A stretch of DNA of 60,648 nt from a virus (taxonomy: Duplodnaviria > Caudoviricetes): positions 1-60,648 of the IMG/VR virus record IMGVR_UViG_3300032266_000396; one strand, given 5' to 3'. The notes beneath the pieces were generated by a model. It did not search any database, was not told the origin of the DNA, and was given only the letters and a program-made list of their open reading frames with translations. The position numbers and the translations under genes are program-made. This document shows positions 24,711 to 34,394 of the stretch, piece after piece (within the stretch, counting starts at the first letter, position 1; every line of letters begins with the position of its first letter).

Positions 24711-25007
24711 ATGGATGCAAATCAAATCAATGACATCGAGGTAAAAGACTTCGATGTAGTCAGCAGAGACTTCGATGCGGTAATCAGAAGACTTGACATC
24801 GAGAACGCAAAAGAATTATTAAAAAGAGAGGGCTACTTCGTGGACAATCTTTGGCAGACTTGTGATGTTACTATGAACCACGAGTGCACAGAAGAACAGG
24901 CACAGACCATTCTTAACAAAGCATTGACCAATGATGCTACCTATCAACAAATTTGGGAGGCTATCAGTTACGAAGCAGAGAGTATGAACCTAAAACGTAG
25001 AGACTAA
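24711..25007 (+). CDS. Hypothetical protein
   Basis: ORF track; GYFVDNLW. Confidence 0.65.
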   Translation: MDANQINDIEVKDFDVVSRDFDAVIRRLDIENAKELLKREGYFVDNLWQTCDVTMNHECTEEQAQTILNKALTNDATYQQIWEAISYEAESMNLKRRD

Positions 25008-25195
25008 TGTGTACAAATCTTAAACCAATTACAGAGAGACTAACTATTCAGCCCGTACAAAATGGGTTTGTAGTTTACCTAAATGACCACTATGCTCAAG
25101 GCACAGCAAGACCTATTCCATTCGTTTTTGAAACGATGGATAACTTATTAGAATTTGTAAAACTTAAATTTGAAGAAGATGGAAATAAAAATTGA
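25007..25195 (+). CDS. Hypothetical protein
   Basis: ORF track; coupled to its neighbours. Confidence 0.55.
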   Translation: MCTNLKPITERLTIQPVQNGFVVYLNDHYAQGTARPIPFVFETMDNLLEFVKLKFEEDGNKN

Positions 25196-25577
25196 GACAA
25201 TAGTACCGAGAGAGGTACTTGAGAATGTTTGTGTTACCGCCCTTGAGGGCGGTAGCAATTATTGGTACTACCTATCAGAGGGGGCTGTAAAGCTAATCAG
25301 GAAAGCAGTTCCAAAGAATGAAGACCCTTACCTAAGTACAGCAATACTCAAGGCGATACTTGACCACGATGTTGATGTGGCAATCAGCGATGCAGAAGAT
25401 GAGGATGAGGTGCTTGGTTACATAAGCAAGAAAACTATTCAGGAACGCATACAGAAGCTGTCTCAGGATGATGGTTCAAAGTGGGCGTTGGAAAAGGAAA
25501 TGAGAGGCGAAGGCGATGCAGATAGCAGTGATGTAGTTTTTCAATACCTTGCGATGGGGGAGGTCGTGTTCGGATAA
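25170..25577 (+). CDS. Hypothetical protein
   Basis: TALEGGSNYW...DADSSDVVFQ...GEVVFG. Confidence 0.7.
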   Translation: MKKMEIKIETIVPREVLENVCVTALEGGSNYWYYLSEGAVKLIRKAVPKNEDPYLSTAILKAILDHDVDVAISDAEDEDEVLGYISKKTIQERIQKLSQDDGSKWALEKEMRGEGDADSSDVVFQYLAMGEVVFG

Positions 25578-25999
25578 TGAACAGCGGATGCTTCAAGAAA
25601 GGAAATAAGCCTTGGAATGCGGGAGTTAAGGGAATACACCTTAATCCCGCAACCGAGTTCAAGAAAGGCGAGAGGGTTGGTAAAGAACACTATAGTTGGA
25701 AAGGTGGCGTTCAATTAATTAAGAACGATTGTGCGTATCTTTACGAGGGAATAAACAAGAGAGTTCGCAGACCAAAAAAAGTGTACGAGGATGCTAACGG
25801 AGAAGTTCCTAAGGGGTGGATAATCTACCATTTAGATGGAGACAAAGACAATGACCATTTGGACAATCTAATAGCAATCCCGAGAGCAGTCCTTGTAAGG
25901 ATAAATTCAGGTAGAATGAATGCAAATTATTATGAAATCAAAAAAGCAGTAGAAAATTATGAAGAATGTACACATATTACCAACGCCACAACCAAGTAG
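25577..25999 (+). CDS. HNH endonuclease (possibly degenerate)
   Basis: FKKGNKPWN repeat; IYHLDGDKDNDHLDNL. Confidence 0.7.
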   Translation: MNSGCFKKGNKPWNAGVKGIHLNPATEFKKGERVGKEHYSWKGGVQLIKNDCAYLYEGINKRVRRPKKVYEDANGEVPKGWIIYHLDGDKDNDHLDNLIAIPRAVLVRINSGRMNANYYEIKKAVENYEECTHITNATTK

Positions 26000-26747
26000 G
26001 TTAAGAATAACTTCTAAAGGTAAATTAATCTTATCTACAATAGCAGTAGGTAGTAAGGGAGAAAACCAAAACATCTACATCACTAATTCAGAAGAAATTA
26101 AAGAAGGGGATTGGGTTTACTATTTACATAATTCAGGTTTACATAAACCAAGAATAATGGAAGTTATAAAACCTAATTATTCTGATTATAAACCTTACAG
26201 TATTCATTTTAAAAGTGGATTTGGAGTACAAGAAGATTGTAAAAAAATAATCCTAACAACAGACCAAGACTTAATCAAAGATGGTGTACAAGCTATTGAT
26301 GATGAGTTTTTAGAATATTTTGTAAGTGTTCCATTTGGAGAAATTAAGGAAGTTGAGATTACAGAAGTAGCCGATTTAGATTTGTATTATAAAAATGGAA
26401 TTGGAGGTCAAAAACATAAAATCATCATTCCAAGTGAACAACCTAAAACATTCAAAGAATTGTTTGCCAACACAGGTATAGAACCAACAACAGATGAAAA
26501 TGGTAATGTTCATTATAACTTTAAAGCTACTATAAAAGAAGAAACACTTGAAGAATCAAATGAAACAACTGCTATTAGATTTTTAGAGTGGTACAGACTA
26601 AAAAGAGTTATCTATCAATTCACTTGTTACCATATTCCAAATGTTAGTGATAAGAATTGGCAAGAAACTGTATTCTTAGGTGAGAATAGTTACTTAAATT
26701 CACATCAATTATTTGAAATCTTTAAAAAAGAAAACTATGAAAAATAA
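25959..26747 (+). CDS. Modular hypothetical protein
   Basis: NIYITNSEEIKEGDW...CKKIILTTDQDLIKDGVQAIDDEFLE; AT-rich. Confidence 0.65.
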   Translation: MKNVHILPTPQPSRLRITSKGKLILSTIAVGSKGENQNIYITNSEEIKEGDWVYYLHNSGLHKPRIMEVIKPNYSDYKPYSIHFKSGFGVQEDCKKIILTTDQDLIKDGVQAIDDEFLEYFVSVPFGEIKEVEITEVADLDLYYKNGIGGQKHKIIIPSEQPKTFKELFANTGIEPTTDENGNVHYNFKATIKEETLEESNETTAIRFLEWYRLKRVIYQFTCYHIPNVSDKNWQETVFLGENSYLNSHQLFEIFKKENYEK

Positions 26748-26985
26748 AGAAACACTTGAAGAATCGTCTAAAGACTATATTGAAAACACAATGAAGTTTT
26801 CTTTTAACTCTTTAGAAACCAAGACACAAGCTAATAGAATGTTAAAATGTGCTGAATTTGGTGCTAAATGGCAACAAGAAAGAAGTTATACTGAGGAAGA
26901 TATGAGAAAGTATGCAAGTTATTTTTTTACACATTCAAAATATATAAGTCCAAAAGAATGGTTTGAACAATTTAAAAATAAGTAA
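26713..26985 (+). CDS. Hypothetical protein, QQERSY/WFEQFK family
   Basis: KETLEES...GAKWQQERSYTEE...WFEQFKNK. Confidence 0.6.
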   Translation: MKSLKKKTMKNKETLEESSKDYIENTMKFSFNSLETKTQANRMLKCAEFGAKWQQERSYTEEDMRKYASYFFTHSKYISPKEWFEQFKNK

Positions 26986-26987
26986 AT

Positions 26988-27335
26988 ATGGACACATTAA
27001 GTTTTTACGCCAACGAAGAGTCGAAGAGGGATAGACAAGACCCTATTGTAAAATCAGTAATTGAGAAGTATCAGGAGCGTTCAGAAGTTGGAATTGAGAA
27101 GTATGGAAAGACTTTAGGCAGACACGACTTGACATTTCTTCAATGGATGCAACACCTACAAGAGGAGTTAATGGATGCTACCCTTTATTTGGAAAAGTTG
27201 AAATCAGAATTGGAGCAGAATCCAAACTTCCCCGATGGGCACATTATAACAAAAGAGAGTTGGGATAACGCAGATAAAATAACCCACGATGGTTTTGTTT
27301 ATGTTAAATATACAGACCTTGTTGTTTATAAGTAA
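26988..27335 (+). CDS. Hypothetical phage protein (all-alpha)
   Basis: RSEVGIEKYG...WMQHLQEELMDATLYLEK. Confidence 0.7.
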   Translation: MDTLSFYANEESKRDRQDPIVKSVIEKYQERSEVGIEKYGKTLGRHDLTFLQWMQHLQEELMDATLYLEKLKSELEQNPNFPDGHIITKESWDNADKITHDGFVYVKYTDLVVYK

Positions 27336-27352
27336 AAATTGTACTATCTTTG
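27322..27352 (+). promoter_or_regulatory. Promoter TTG-N20-TATCTTTG
   Basis: Bacteroidota consensus. Confidence 0.6.
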
Positions 27353-27382
27353 TACGAGTATTAATCATTAATAAATAAAAAA

Positions 27383-27730
27383 ATGGTAACAATTCAAAAA
27401 CACTATGACATTGAGTTGGCTAAAGAAAAGCCGAATCAAGCACAATTATCTAAACTTTTAAAGGTATTAGACCAACAATCAATAACATTAAGTGAGTGGA
27501 GACTAACGGGTAAATTTACACCGAAGGATGAGTTTCTTGCCGATAACCCTACAGAAAAATTACTTAACACTTGCCGAGAGGTAATTGAGTATTTTGGCAA
27601 GGGGTATATTCAGGTATTAAAGTCAGGTACATTCAGGTATAATAGTTCAATCAAAAGCAAAGTACTCGATGATGTTGAGAACAAAATGTGGAATGAAGTA
27701 GTAGAAAAACTATGGTGCAGTGAATGTTAA
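27383..27730 (+). CDS. Hypothetical protein
   Basis: ORF track, 115 aa. Confidence 0.65.
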   Translation: MVTIQKHYDIELAKEKPNQAQLSKLLKVLDQQSITLSEWRLTGKFTPKDEFLADNPTEKLLNTCREVIEYFGKGYIQVLKSGTFRYNSSIKSKVLDDVENKMWNEVVEKLWCSEC

Positions 27731-27772
27731 TAAAAAAGTTAAAAAAAATGAACAACGTATAGACTTATTTAC

Positions 27773-27780
27773 TATCTTTG
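27773..27780 (+). promoter_or_regulatory. -7 element TATCTTTG for the recombination operon
   Basis: TAnnTTTG, intergenic. Confidence 0.55.
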
Positions 27781-27807
27781 TTTTTTAATTAATTAAAATC
27801 TAATAAA

Positions 27808-28110
27808 ATGAAATCAGATGTTTTCAATCAGTATGTTGACCGAGTGTCAGAGCTGTACAATATAGAAAAGAAAGACTTATTTTCTAAGTCAAAGAAGAGA
27901 GAACTTGTAGATGCTCGACACCTAATTTACTACCTATCTTCTAAGAGACCTATGCAGATTATCTACATTCAAAAGTTTATGGAAGATAACGGTTACAAGG
28001 TAGGGCATTCGTCAGTAATCCACGGAATCAACAGCATTCAGAATAAAGTAAACGATGACAGAGATTATCTATCAATAATCAAAGAAATCGACAAGGCAGT
28101 TTTTATATAA
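27808..28110 (+). CDS. DnaA C-terminal (domain IV)-like HTH protein
   Basis: DLFSKSKKRELVDARHLIYYL...HSSVIHGINSI. Confidence 0.7.
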   Translation: MKSDVFNQYVDRVSELYNIEKKDLFSKSKKRELVDARHLIYYLSSKRPMQIIYIQKFMEDNGYKVGHSSVIHGINSIQNKVNDDRDYLSIIKEIDKAVFI

Positions 28111-28131
28111 TCAAATTTTAAATCAAATCAA

Positions 28132-28806
28132 ATGGAATCAAAAAAGACAGTTTTTGAAAGGCTATCAGCCATCAATGTGAATGCTCACACTGAGAAAAAA
28201 AGCAACTTGACCTACCTATCTTGGGCTTGGGCTTGGAGCGAAACTAAAAAGGCTTGCCCCGATGCAACCTATAAAATCGGGCAAACAGACTACGATGAAG
28301 TCCTTGGGTTTATGTGCCACACCGAGGTAACAATCGAGGGAGAGACATTAGAGATGTGGCTTCCTGTAATGGATGGAGCAAACAAATCAATGCTCAAAAA
28401 ATCATACACCTACAAAGGGAATGCTTGGGAGGGTGGTAGAAAAGTTGTAGTTGAAAAAACCGTTGAAGCAGCGACATCATTCGACATCAACAAAACTATT
28501 ATGAGATGCTTGGTTAAGAACCTTGCTATGTTCGGTATGGGTATTTATATCTATGCAGGAGAAGACTTACCTGAAACTAAAGTAGAGACCGCACCTACAC
28601 CACCCCCATCAGCGACCAATCTTAAAAATGAAGCTACAGCCGAGTTACCTGACCTTAAAAAAGGTACAGAAAATTGGGATAAAGTTGTAGCCTACGTTAC
28701 AACTAACAAGGAGTTGGGAATGGAGAAAATTGGAAAGCAATTGAATCGTAAGTACAAAATCAGTCCGACACTTAAAAAAGAAATCGCTAAAATCATAACA
28801 GAATAA
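28132..28806 (+). CDS. Sak-like single-strand annealing protein (DUF1071)
   Basis: LTYLSWAWAW, MWLPVMDGANK, FDINKTIMRCLVKNLAMFGMGIYIYAGEDLP. Confidence 0.88.
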   Translation: MESKKTVFERLSAINVNAHTEKKSNLTYLSWAWAWSETKKACPDATYKIGQTDYDEVLGFMCHTEVTIEGETLEMWLPVMDGANKSMLKKSYTYKGNAWEGGRKVVVEKTVEAATSFDINKTIMRCLVKNLAMFGMGIYIYAGEDLPETKVETAPTPPPSATNLKNEATAELPDLKKGTENWDKVVAYVTTNKELGMEKIGKQLNRKYKISPTLKKEIAKIITE

Positions 28807-28807
28807 T

Positions 28808-29554
28808 ATGGCATCAGTAAACAATCAAGTACTTGAGTTATTAAAAGATGATAATCAGTACTACTCGGGAATAGGTAAAAATTATCTATCAAATTCAGAC
28901 ATCGGTACGTTATTGGAAAACCCTAAAGAGTTTGGAAAACAGCGTGAGGATAACAAGGCATTTGCAGAGGGCAGATACTTTCATCAGTCAATCCTTGAGC
29001 CTGAAAAAGTTAAGGATGTAAAATTTGTAGATGTGAGTACACGTACTACGAAGGAGTACAAAGCATTCTGTGAGGAGCACAAATTACCTTTCTGTTTGCT
29101 TAAAAAAGAAATTGACGAGGTTAAGAGCCTTGTTAAGATTATCAATAGCAATATCTTCTTCTTCGAGGAAATCTACAAAGATGGAAATCAGTATGAAGTT
29201 CCCGCTGTAGGAGAGATACAAGGGATGATGTGGAAAGGTAAGGCAGACATTGTAACGAAAGATGCAGTTATCGACTTGAAGACCACAAGCGACATTCAGA
29301 AGTTCAAATGGAACGCTAAGAAGTACAACTATGACTCTCAGTGTTACATATACCAAATCTTATTCGGTAAGCCTTTAGTATTCTATGTAATCGACAAAGT
29401 TACCGGAATCCTTGCGGTATTTAAACCTACTCAAGAGTTCGTGGATGGAGGAGCACAAAAGGTTGCGAGAGCTATTGATATGTATCAGAGATACTTCTCT
29501 GAGAATCCATCAGATGACATCGACAATTATTTCATTGACGAATTTTTATACTAA
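28808..29554 (+). CDS. PD-(D/E)XK exonuclease (RecE/DUF3799-like)
   Basis: LSNSDI, GRYFH, KGKADI...IDLKTT, YDSQCYIY. Confidence 0.8.
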   Translation: MASVNNQVLELLKDDNQYYSGIGKNYLSNSDIGTLLENPKEFGKQREDNKAFAEGRYFHQSILEPEKVKDVKFVDVSTRTTKEYKAFCEEHKLPFCLLKKEIDEVKSLVKIINSNIFFFEEIYKDGNQYEVPAVGEIQGMMWKGKADIVTKDAVIDLKTTSDIQKFKWNAKKYNYDSQCYIYQILFGKPLVFYVIDKVTGILAVFKPTQEFVDGGAQKVARAIDMYQRYFSENPSDDIDNYFIDEFLY

Positions 29555-29559
29555 GAGAT

Positions 29560-29841
29560 ATGGGAGATACAATAGACAGCTTTGATGAATTAACAGATTT
29601 TAGAGTTGGAGAAGATGATAAATATCTTGTCGAATATATATTAGCCGACAATGGAGGTTTTAACCACAGATGTTCGCCTTTTTTAATGCCTGTAGGAACA
29701 GTATTTGAACACAATTATGGAACATACAAAGTTATTTCTATTAATAGAAGAATAAAACATATTGTTGTTCATTGTGAATGGATTGAAAATAAAACACCAA
29801 TGTTTGATGTTTTATTTCAAATGATAAATCAATTTAATTAG
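29560..29841 (+). CDS. Hypothetical protein
   Basis: ORF track; AT-rich. Confidence 0.55.
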   Translation: MGDTIDSFDELTDFRVGEDDKYLVEYILADNGGFNHRCSPFLMPVGTVFEHNYGTYKVISINRRIKHIVVHCEWIENKTPMFDVLFQMINQFN

Positions 29842-29878
29842 TGTCTTCAAAGACACGAAACCGTGTTTTAAAAAACAC
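29841..29878. repeat. 16-bp palindrome (29841-29856) plus degenerate copy GTGTTTTAAAAAACAC (29863-29878)
   Basis: Exact and degenerate copies in tandem upstream of ssb. Confidence 0.85.
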
Positions 29879-29887
29879 GATATAATA

Positions 29888-29943
29888 AACCGAGTATCAG
29901 CCTTAGCCTCAGAGGGCTGTGCTCGGTTCAAATAGACTGAGGC
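29888..29943 (+). promoter_or_regulatory. Putative RNA pseudoknot in the ssb leader
   Basis: Stem AACCGAGUA-U-CAGCC/GGCUG-UGCUCGGUU; loop GCCUCAG is complementary to downstream CUGAGGC. Confidence 0.6.
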
Positions 29944-29963
29944 AAACTAAAAAATTATTTACA

Positions 29964-30323
29964 ATGGCAGACCAAGAAAAGATTTTCGCAGATGGTTTCT
30001 TATTCAAGAGAAACGAAAAAGCCCCTGACTTCGTGGTAGGGAGAGTTAGTATTAAAGTCGAAGAGGCTATCGCCTTTATGAGACAACACGAAAAAAATGG
30101 TTGGATTAACCTCGGAGTTAAGACAGCTCGTTCAGGAAACTTTTATATGGACTTAGATACATTCGAGGCAAAGAATGATAGTTCTAAAGAAAGTGCAGTG
30201 GATAAGTACGAAGCTAAAGCCAAGCCCCCACCATCAGTTCCGCAGATGAATGGCGATATGGCAAACCAATTCAATGAGGCTCAGCAGTCTCAAGAAGAAG
30301 AGGATGATGACTTACCGTTCTAA
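29964..30323 (+). CDS. Single-stranded DNA-binding protein
   Basis: MADQEKIFADG...KAPDFVVG...; acidic tail EEEDDDLPF; follows Sak and exonuclease genes. Confidence 0.7.
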   Translation: MADQEKIFADGFLFKRNEKAPDFVVGRVSIKVEEAIAFMRQHEKNGWINLGVKTARSGNFYMDLDTFEAKNDSSKESAVDKYEAKAKPPPSVPQMNGDMANQFNEAQQSQEEEDDDLPF

Positions 30324-30344
30324 TAACCCAAGGCTATATAAAAT

Positions 30345-30368
30345 GGGGGATTTATTCCCCCTTTTTTT
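30345..30368 (+). terminator. Intrinsic terminator
   Basis: GGGGGA-TTTAT-TCCCCC followed by T7. Confidence 0.8.
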
Positions 30369-30377
30369 ACCTTTAAA

Positions 30378-30545
30378 GCGTGTCGGAAACACCATTTTCA
30401 ACACTTCTATTACTACTATATGTATTTTCTATTATTATTATTTTTTTTATTTTAGTTTTTTAAGAAAATAATTGACATAAAAGACAGTAGTAATGATTAT
30501 CAAATAGTTAGATATTTAAAAACGACATAAAAACGACAGATAATG
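30378..30545. other. Origin-like region B upstream of the primase-helicase gene
   Basis: gtgtcgg, very AT-rich tract, then ttgacat, aagacag, acgacat, acgacag. Confidence 0.45.
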
Positions 30546-32966
30546 ACACATAACGTAACAATCTTTCAAAACATACGTGATACGGACACTCCGTTCTTCC
30601 GTGATGTACACGTTATCCTTGATAGGATTAAGGATGGAGCAGGAGCTACCAAAGACATTGTTAAACGTATCAGACAAGAGAAGAACAAAGCAGAGAGAAA
30701 CGAAATTAAGAAGCTATTACCCGCTATATGTTTCAGCGGTACTTTCAAGAAGAGATTAGATTCAGCACTCGACCAACACTCAGGACTTATTTGTTTAGAC
30801 TTTGATGGCTACCAAAAACAAAAAGAATTATTACAAGACAAGGAGACCATATCTAAAAACAAATATGTGTTTTCAGTATTTATTTCTCCATCAGGAAATG
30901 GATTAAAAGTATTGGTTAAGATTCCCGCAGATGAGGAGAACCATACAAACTACTTCAATAGCTTAGAAAAACACTTTAACAGCCCTTATTTCGATAAAAC
31001 GAGTAAGAACATCAGTAGAGTGTGTTATGAGTCTTACGACCCCTTAATTCACATTAACGAGAACTCATCAGTTTGGGATTTGATTGAAGAGCCTGAGTAC
31101 ACCGAAGTAAACAGAGTACGAGACCAAGCTACTATTCCAATTTCAGATGAGAATAAGATTGTTGAGATACTTGTTAAGTGGTGGGAAAAGAAATACCCGA
31201 TGCAAGAGGGTCAAAGAAACCACAATGCTTACATCCTTGCGATGGCATTTAATGACTTTGGAGTTAACAAAAGCCTTGCGGGTTATATCTTAAATCAGTT
31301 TGCTACTTCTGACTTCTCAATAAACGAGATAGCAACAACGATTGATTCAGCCTACAGACATACAGCAAACTTCGGAACTAAGTACTATGAAGACGAAGAG
31401 CGTATCAATCAGATTCGTGCCAAGCTAAGAAGAGGCGTATCAAAAAAAGAGATTCGCTACCAACTACAAGATTCCAATTTGGATAGTGAGACTATCGAAG
31501 CAGTCTTAAACAAAGTCGAAGATGAAAATTCTAAGATGACATTTTGGACTAAGAACGATAAAGGAGTCATCAAGATTGAGCATATTTTATTCAAACAATT
31601 CTTAGAGGATTCAGGATTCTATAAATTCTGTCCTGAGGGTAGCAGGAACTATGTGTTTGTAAAGGTTACAAATAACCTCATCGACCATACTTCTGAGAAA
31701 GAGATTAAGGACTTCGTGCTTACTCACTTGTTAGAGTTGGATGATTACAGCGTTTACAATTATTTCGCAGACAATACGAGATTCTTTAGAGATGATTTTC
31801 TTTCAATGATTTCAACCATTGAGATATACTTCATCGCAGACAGCAAAGATTCAGCGTACTTGTATTATAAAAATTGTGCTGTTAAGATTATGAGAGACAG
31901 CATCCTTACCATTGACTATTTGGATTTGGGAGGCTACGTTTGGAAAGACCACGTGATTGATAGAAACTTCAACATTTGTGAGGTTACGGGAGAATGTGAT
32001 TTCAGAAAGTTTATTGGTAATATCAATGGTGGAGATGAGAATAGAATTAAGACTATGGAGAGCACTCTCGGATTCCTTCAGCACGGATATAAGAACTTAT
32101 CTTTTTGCCCCGCTGTGATTCTAAACGATGAGGTTATCAGCGATAACCCTGAGGGAGGAACAGGAAAGGGATTAGTTATGAATGCCCTTAGCAATATGAA
32201 GAAGCTCGTAGTGATTGATGGTAAATCTTTCAACTTTGAAAAATCATTCCCTTATCAGTTAGTGTCAGCAGATACTCAGATACTTTGCTTTGATGATGTT
32301 AAGAAACATTTTGATTTCGAGAGATTATTCAGTGTGATTACAGAGGGTTTGACATTGGAAAAGAAAAACAAAGATGCTATCAAGATTCCTTTCAGCAAGT
32401 CTCCTAAGGTTACAATAACAACCAACTATGCTATCAAGGGAGCAGGTAATTCATTTGCTCGTAGAAAGTGGGAGCTTGAGCTTCATCAGTATTACAATAT
32501 GAATTTCACACCAAGAGATGATTTTGGTAAGATGATGTTCGGAGATTGGAACGATGATGAGTGGTGCGAGTTTGACAACTATATGATTGGATGTTTGAGA
32601 TTCTACCTTGCAAATGGATTAGTTAAATCTAAGTTCGTAAATTTAAAGATACGCCAATTATCAGCAGAAACTTGCCACGAATTTATCGAGTGGTGCGGAT
32701 TGGTTGACAGCAACGATAGAAGCACTGTATTACCTACAAACGTAAGACTTTATAAGAACGAGCTGTACAGCAATTTTGTTGATGAGTACCCTGACTACGG
32801 TGCAAGGGGCAGAATGAGTATCAGCCGAACTAAATTCTACAAATGGTTGGTAGCCTACGCTATTTACAAAGAGGGTATTATGCCTGAGGAAGACAGAGAC
32901 CACATAGGTAGATGGATAATCATAAAGAAGAGAGACGATAACGAAACACAAATTAAATTAAATTAA
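30543..32966 (+). CDS. Primase-helicase (BT4734/VirE-N-like primase, PriCT, SF3-type ATPase)
   Basis: LPAICFSG, SGLICLDFD, FISPSGNGLK, EGQRNHNAY, GGTGKG Walker A, FDDV, ITTN. Confidence 0.85.
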   Translation: MTHNVTIFQNIRDTDTPFFRDVHVILDRIKDGAGATKDIVKRIRQEKNKAERNEIKKLLPAICFSGTFKKRLDSALDQHSGLICLDFDGYQKQKELLQDKETISKNKYVFSVFISPSGNGLKVLVKIPADEENHTNYFNSLEKHFNSPYFDKTSKNISRVCYESYDPLIHINENSSVWDLIEEPEYTEVNRVRDQATIPISDENKIVEILVKWWEKKYPMQEGQRNHNAYILAMAFNDFGVNKSLAGYILNQFATSDFSINEIATTIDSAYRHTANFGTKYYEDEERINQIRAKLRRGVSKKEIRYQLQDSNLDSETIEAVLNKVEDENSKMTFWTKNDKGVIKIEHILFKQFLEDSGFYKFCPEGSRNYVFVKVTNNLIDHTSEKEIKDFVLTHLLELDDYSVYNYFADNTRFFRDDFLSMISTIEIYFIADSKDSAYLYYKNCAVKIMRDSILTIDYLDLGGYVWKDHVIDRNFNICEVTGECDFRKFIGNINGGDENRIKTMESTLGFLQHGYKNLSFCPAVILNDEVISDNPEGGTGKGLVMNALSNMKKLVVIDGKSFNFEKSFPYQLVSADTQILCFDDVKKHFDFERLFSVITEGLTLEKKNKDAIKIPFSKSPKVTITTNYAIKGAGNSFARRKWELELHQYYNMNFTPRDDFGKMMFGDWNDDEWCEFDNYMIGCLRFYLANGLVKSKFVNLKIRQLSAETCHEFIEWCGLVDSNDRSTVLPTNVRLYKNELYSNFVDEYPDYGARGRMSISRTKFYKWLVAYAIYKEGIMPEEDRDHIGRWIIIKKRDDNETQIKLN

Positions 32967-32968
32967 TA

Positions 32969-33157
32969 ATGAGAATAAAAATAGAGTGTGAGATAGAAGT
33001 GGATGAGAATATATGGGGAAGCCACGCTGATAAAGAAGAACACGAGTGGTTTAAGTCTATATTAGAAGATAAAGAAGACACTATGTTAATCCTTTGGAGC
33101 AATGAAGTGGGAGATGAAATAGGTCAAACATCTAATTTTAAATACGAGATACTATGA
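32969..33157 (+). CDS. Hypothetical protein
   Basis: ORF track. Confidence 0.5.
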   Translation: MRIKIECEIEVDENIWGSHADKEEHEWFKSILEDKEDTMLILWSNEVGDEIGQTSNFKYEIL

Positions 33158-33338
33158 AAAGAACAACATTTAACGTATTGCTAATAGCAATTTATTTTGC
33201 ATTAATAACATTAATATTAATATACACGCTATGACGATTAGACAATACATTCAATCAAAAATTCCTGATATACCATATAAGGATATACCTAAAGATTTAA
33301 AAAAATTTTGGAAAGAACAATATAAAAAGAAATAAGTT

Positions 33339-33596
33339 ATGGACTTTAGAACAGAATTAGCAAAGTGGGGTTATAACAAAGGTAACTCAATTGATGTTGA
33401 GATTTTGATTGATGAAATACTACCAAGTTTATTTTCTCAACAAGAAAGAAGTTATAGTGAGGAAGAAGTATTAGCTATATTAGTTAAAGCAATAAGAGAA
33501 GTAAAGACAAAAAGACTTACATTTTTTGATGGAGGTTCAGAATATCCAATATACAGTAACTTGAGTAAATGGTTTGAACAATTTAAAAAGAAATAA
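33339..33596 (+). CDS. Hypothetical protein, QQERSY/WFEQFK family
   Basis: QQERSYSEEE...WFEQFKKK. Confidence 0.6.
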   Translation: MDFRTELAKWGYNKGNSIDVEILIDEILPSLFSQQERSYSEEEVLAILVKAIREVKTKRLTFFDGGSEYPIYSNLSKWFEQFKKK

Positions 33597-33597
33597 G

Positions 33598-33834
33598 ATG
33601 AAAAAAGTATTAGTATTATTAGCAATTGTAATGGTTAGTTGTTCTACACCATCTGAACAAAGTGAAACATCAGTAGATTGTAAATGTGGTGTTGTAATTG
33701 ATTCACAAAGTTTTAATGTATTGGGAGCAAATTTTTTCTCAGTAATTAAAGTTAAAAACAATTGCACAGGAGAAATAAAACAATTTCAAAAAGATGGTAT
33801 AATAACCATTGGAACTCAATTATGTAATTATTAA
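33598..33834 (+). CDS. Lipoprotein
   Basis: MKKVLVLLAIVMVSC signal with lipobox; CKCG...NNCTG...C. Confidence 0.7.
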   Translation: MKKVLVLLAIVMVSCSTPSEQSETSVDCKCGVVIDSQSFNVLGANFFSVIKVKNNCTGEIKQFQKDGIITIGTQLCNY

Positions 33835-33846
33835 AAATTTAATAGG

Positions 33847-34062
33847 ATGAAAAAACAAACAAGAGTACAGTCAGCACTTGAAAGCATAGCGCAAACAATG
33901 GTAGGACTTGCAATAAGTTTTGGAATACAAGTTATTCTTTATCCACTTCTTAAAATTCCTGTAACATTTGAGCAAAACATTTTGATTACATCAGTGTTTT
34001 TTTGTGCCTCACTAATAAGACAATATTTTATAAGAAGATTTTTTAATAAATGTAAGAAATGA
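33847..34062 (+). CDS. Small two-TM membrane protein
   Basis: QSALESIAQTMVG...SLIRQYFIRRFFN. Confidence 0.7.
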   Translation: MKKQTRVQSALESIAQTMVGLAISFGIQVILYPLLKIPVTFEQNILITSVFFCASLIRQYFIRRFFNKCKK

Positions 34063-34394
34063 AGAACACGCAAATGACTCACATAGGAATGTTAAATTCA
34101 TTCAACGTGATAACAGAAAAGGTATCTGTAGATGATGTTATCAGGTCAGGTATAGGGGTGTTCGCACACATACCTGACGAAGAACCTTCTATAGAAGTTA
34201 TTGATTTTATGATATTCTACTTCAAAGAAATGGAGATGTATGATAAGTGCGCAGCTCTAAAGAAATACATTGAATGTAATTACAATGAAGATGGTAAACC
34301 AAAAGAAGAAAGGTGCAAGTGCGAGTACCCCGACATAATAGAATACGTTCCTAAAATAAAATGTGCTGTATGCAATCTGAGAATCAAACGATAG
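34059..34394 (+). CDS. Hypothetical protein with Cys-rich C-terminus
   Basis: EMEMYDKCAALK; CKC...CAVC. Confidence 0.6.
   Translation: MKNTQMTHIGMLNSFNVITEKVSVDDVIRSGIGVFAHIPDEEPSIEVIDFMIFYFKEMEMYDKCAALKKYIECNYNEDGKPKEERCKCEYPDIIEYVPKIKCAVCNLRIKR

Noticed and set aside
29919-29963. GTG-initiated extension of SSB
   Set aside because: It lies within the pseudoknot; the ATG at 29964 has a typical A-rich context
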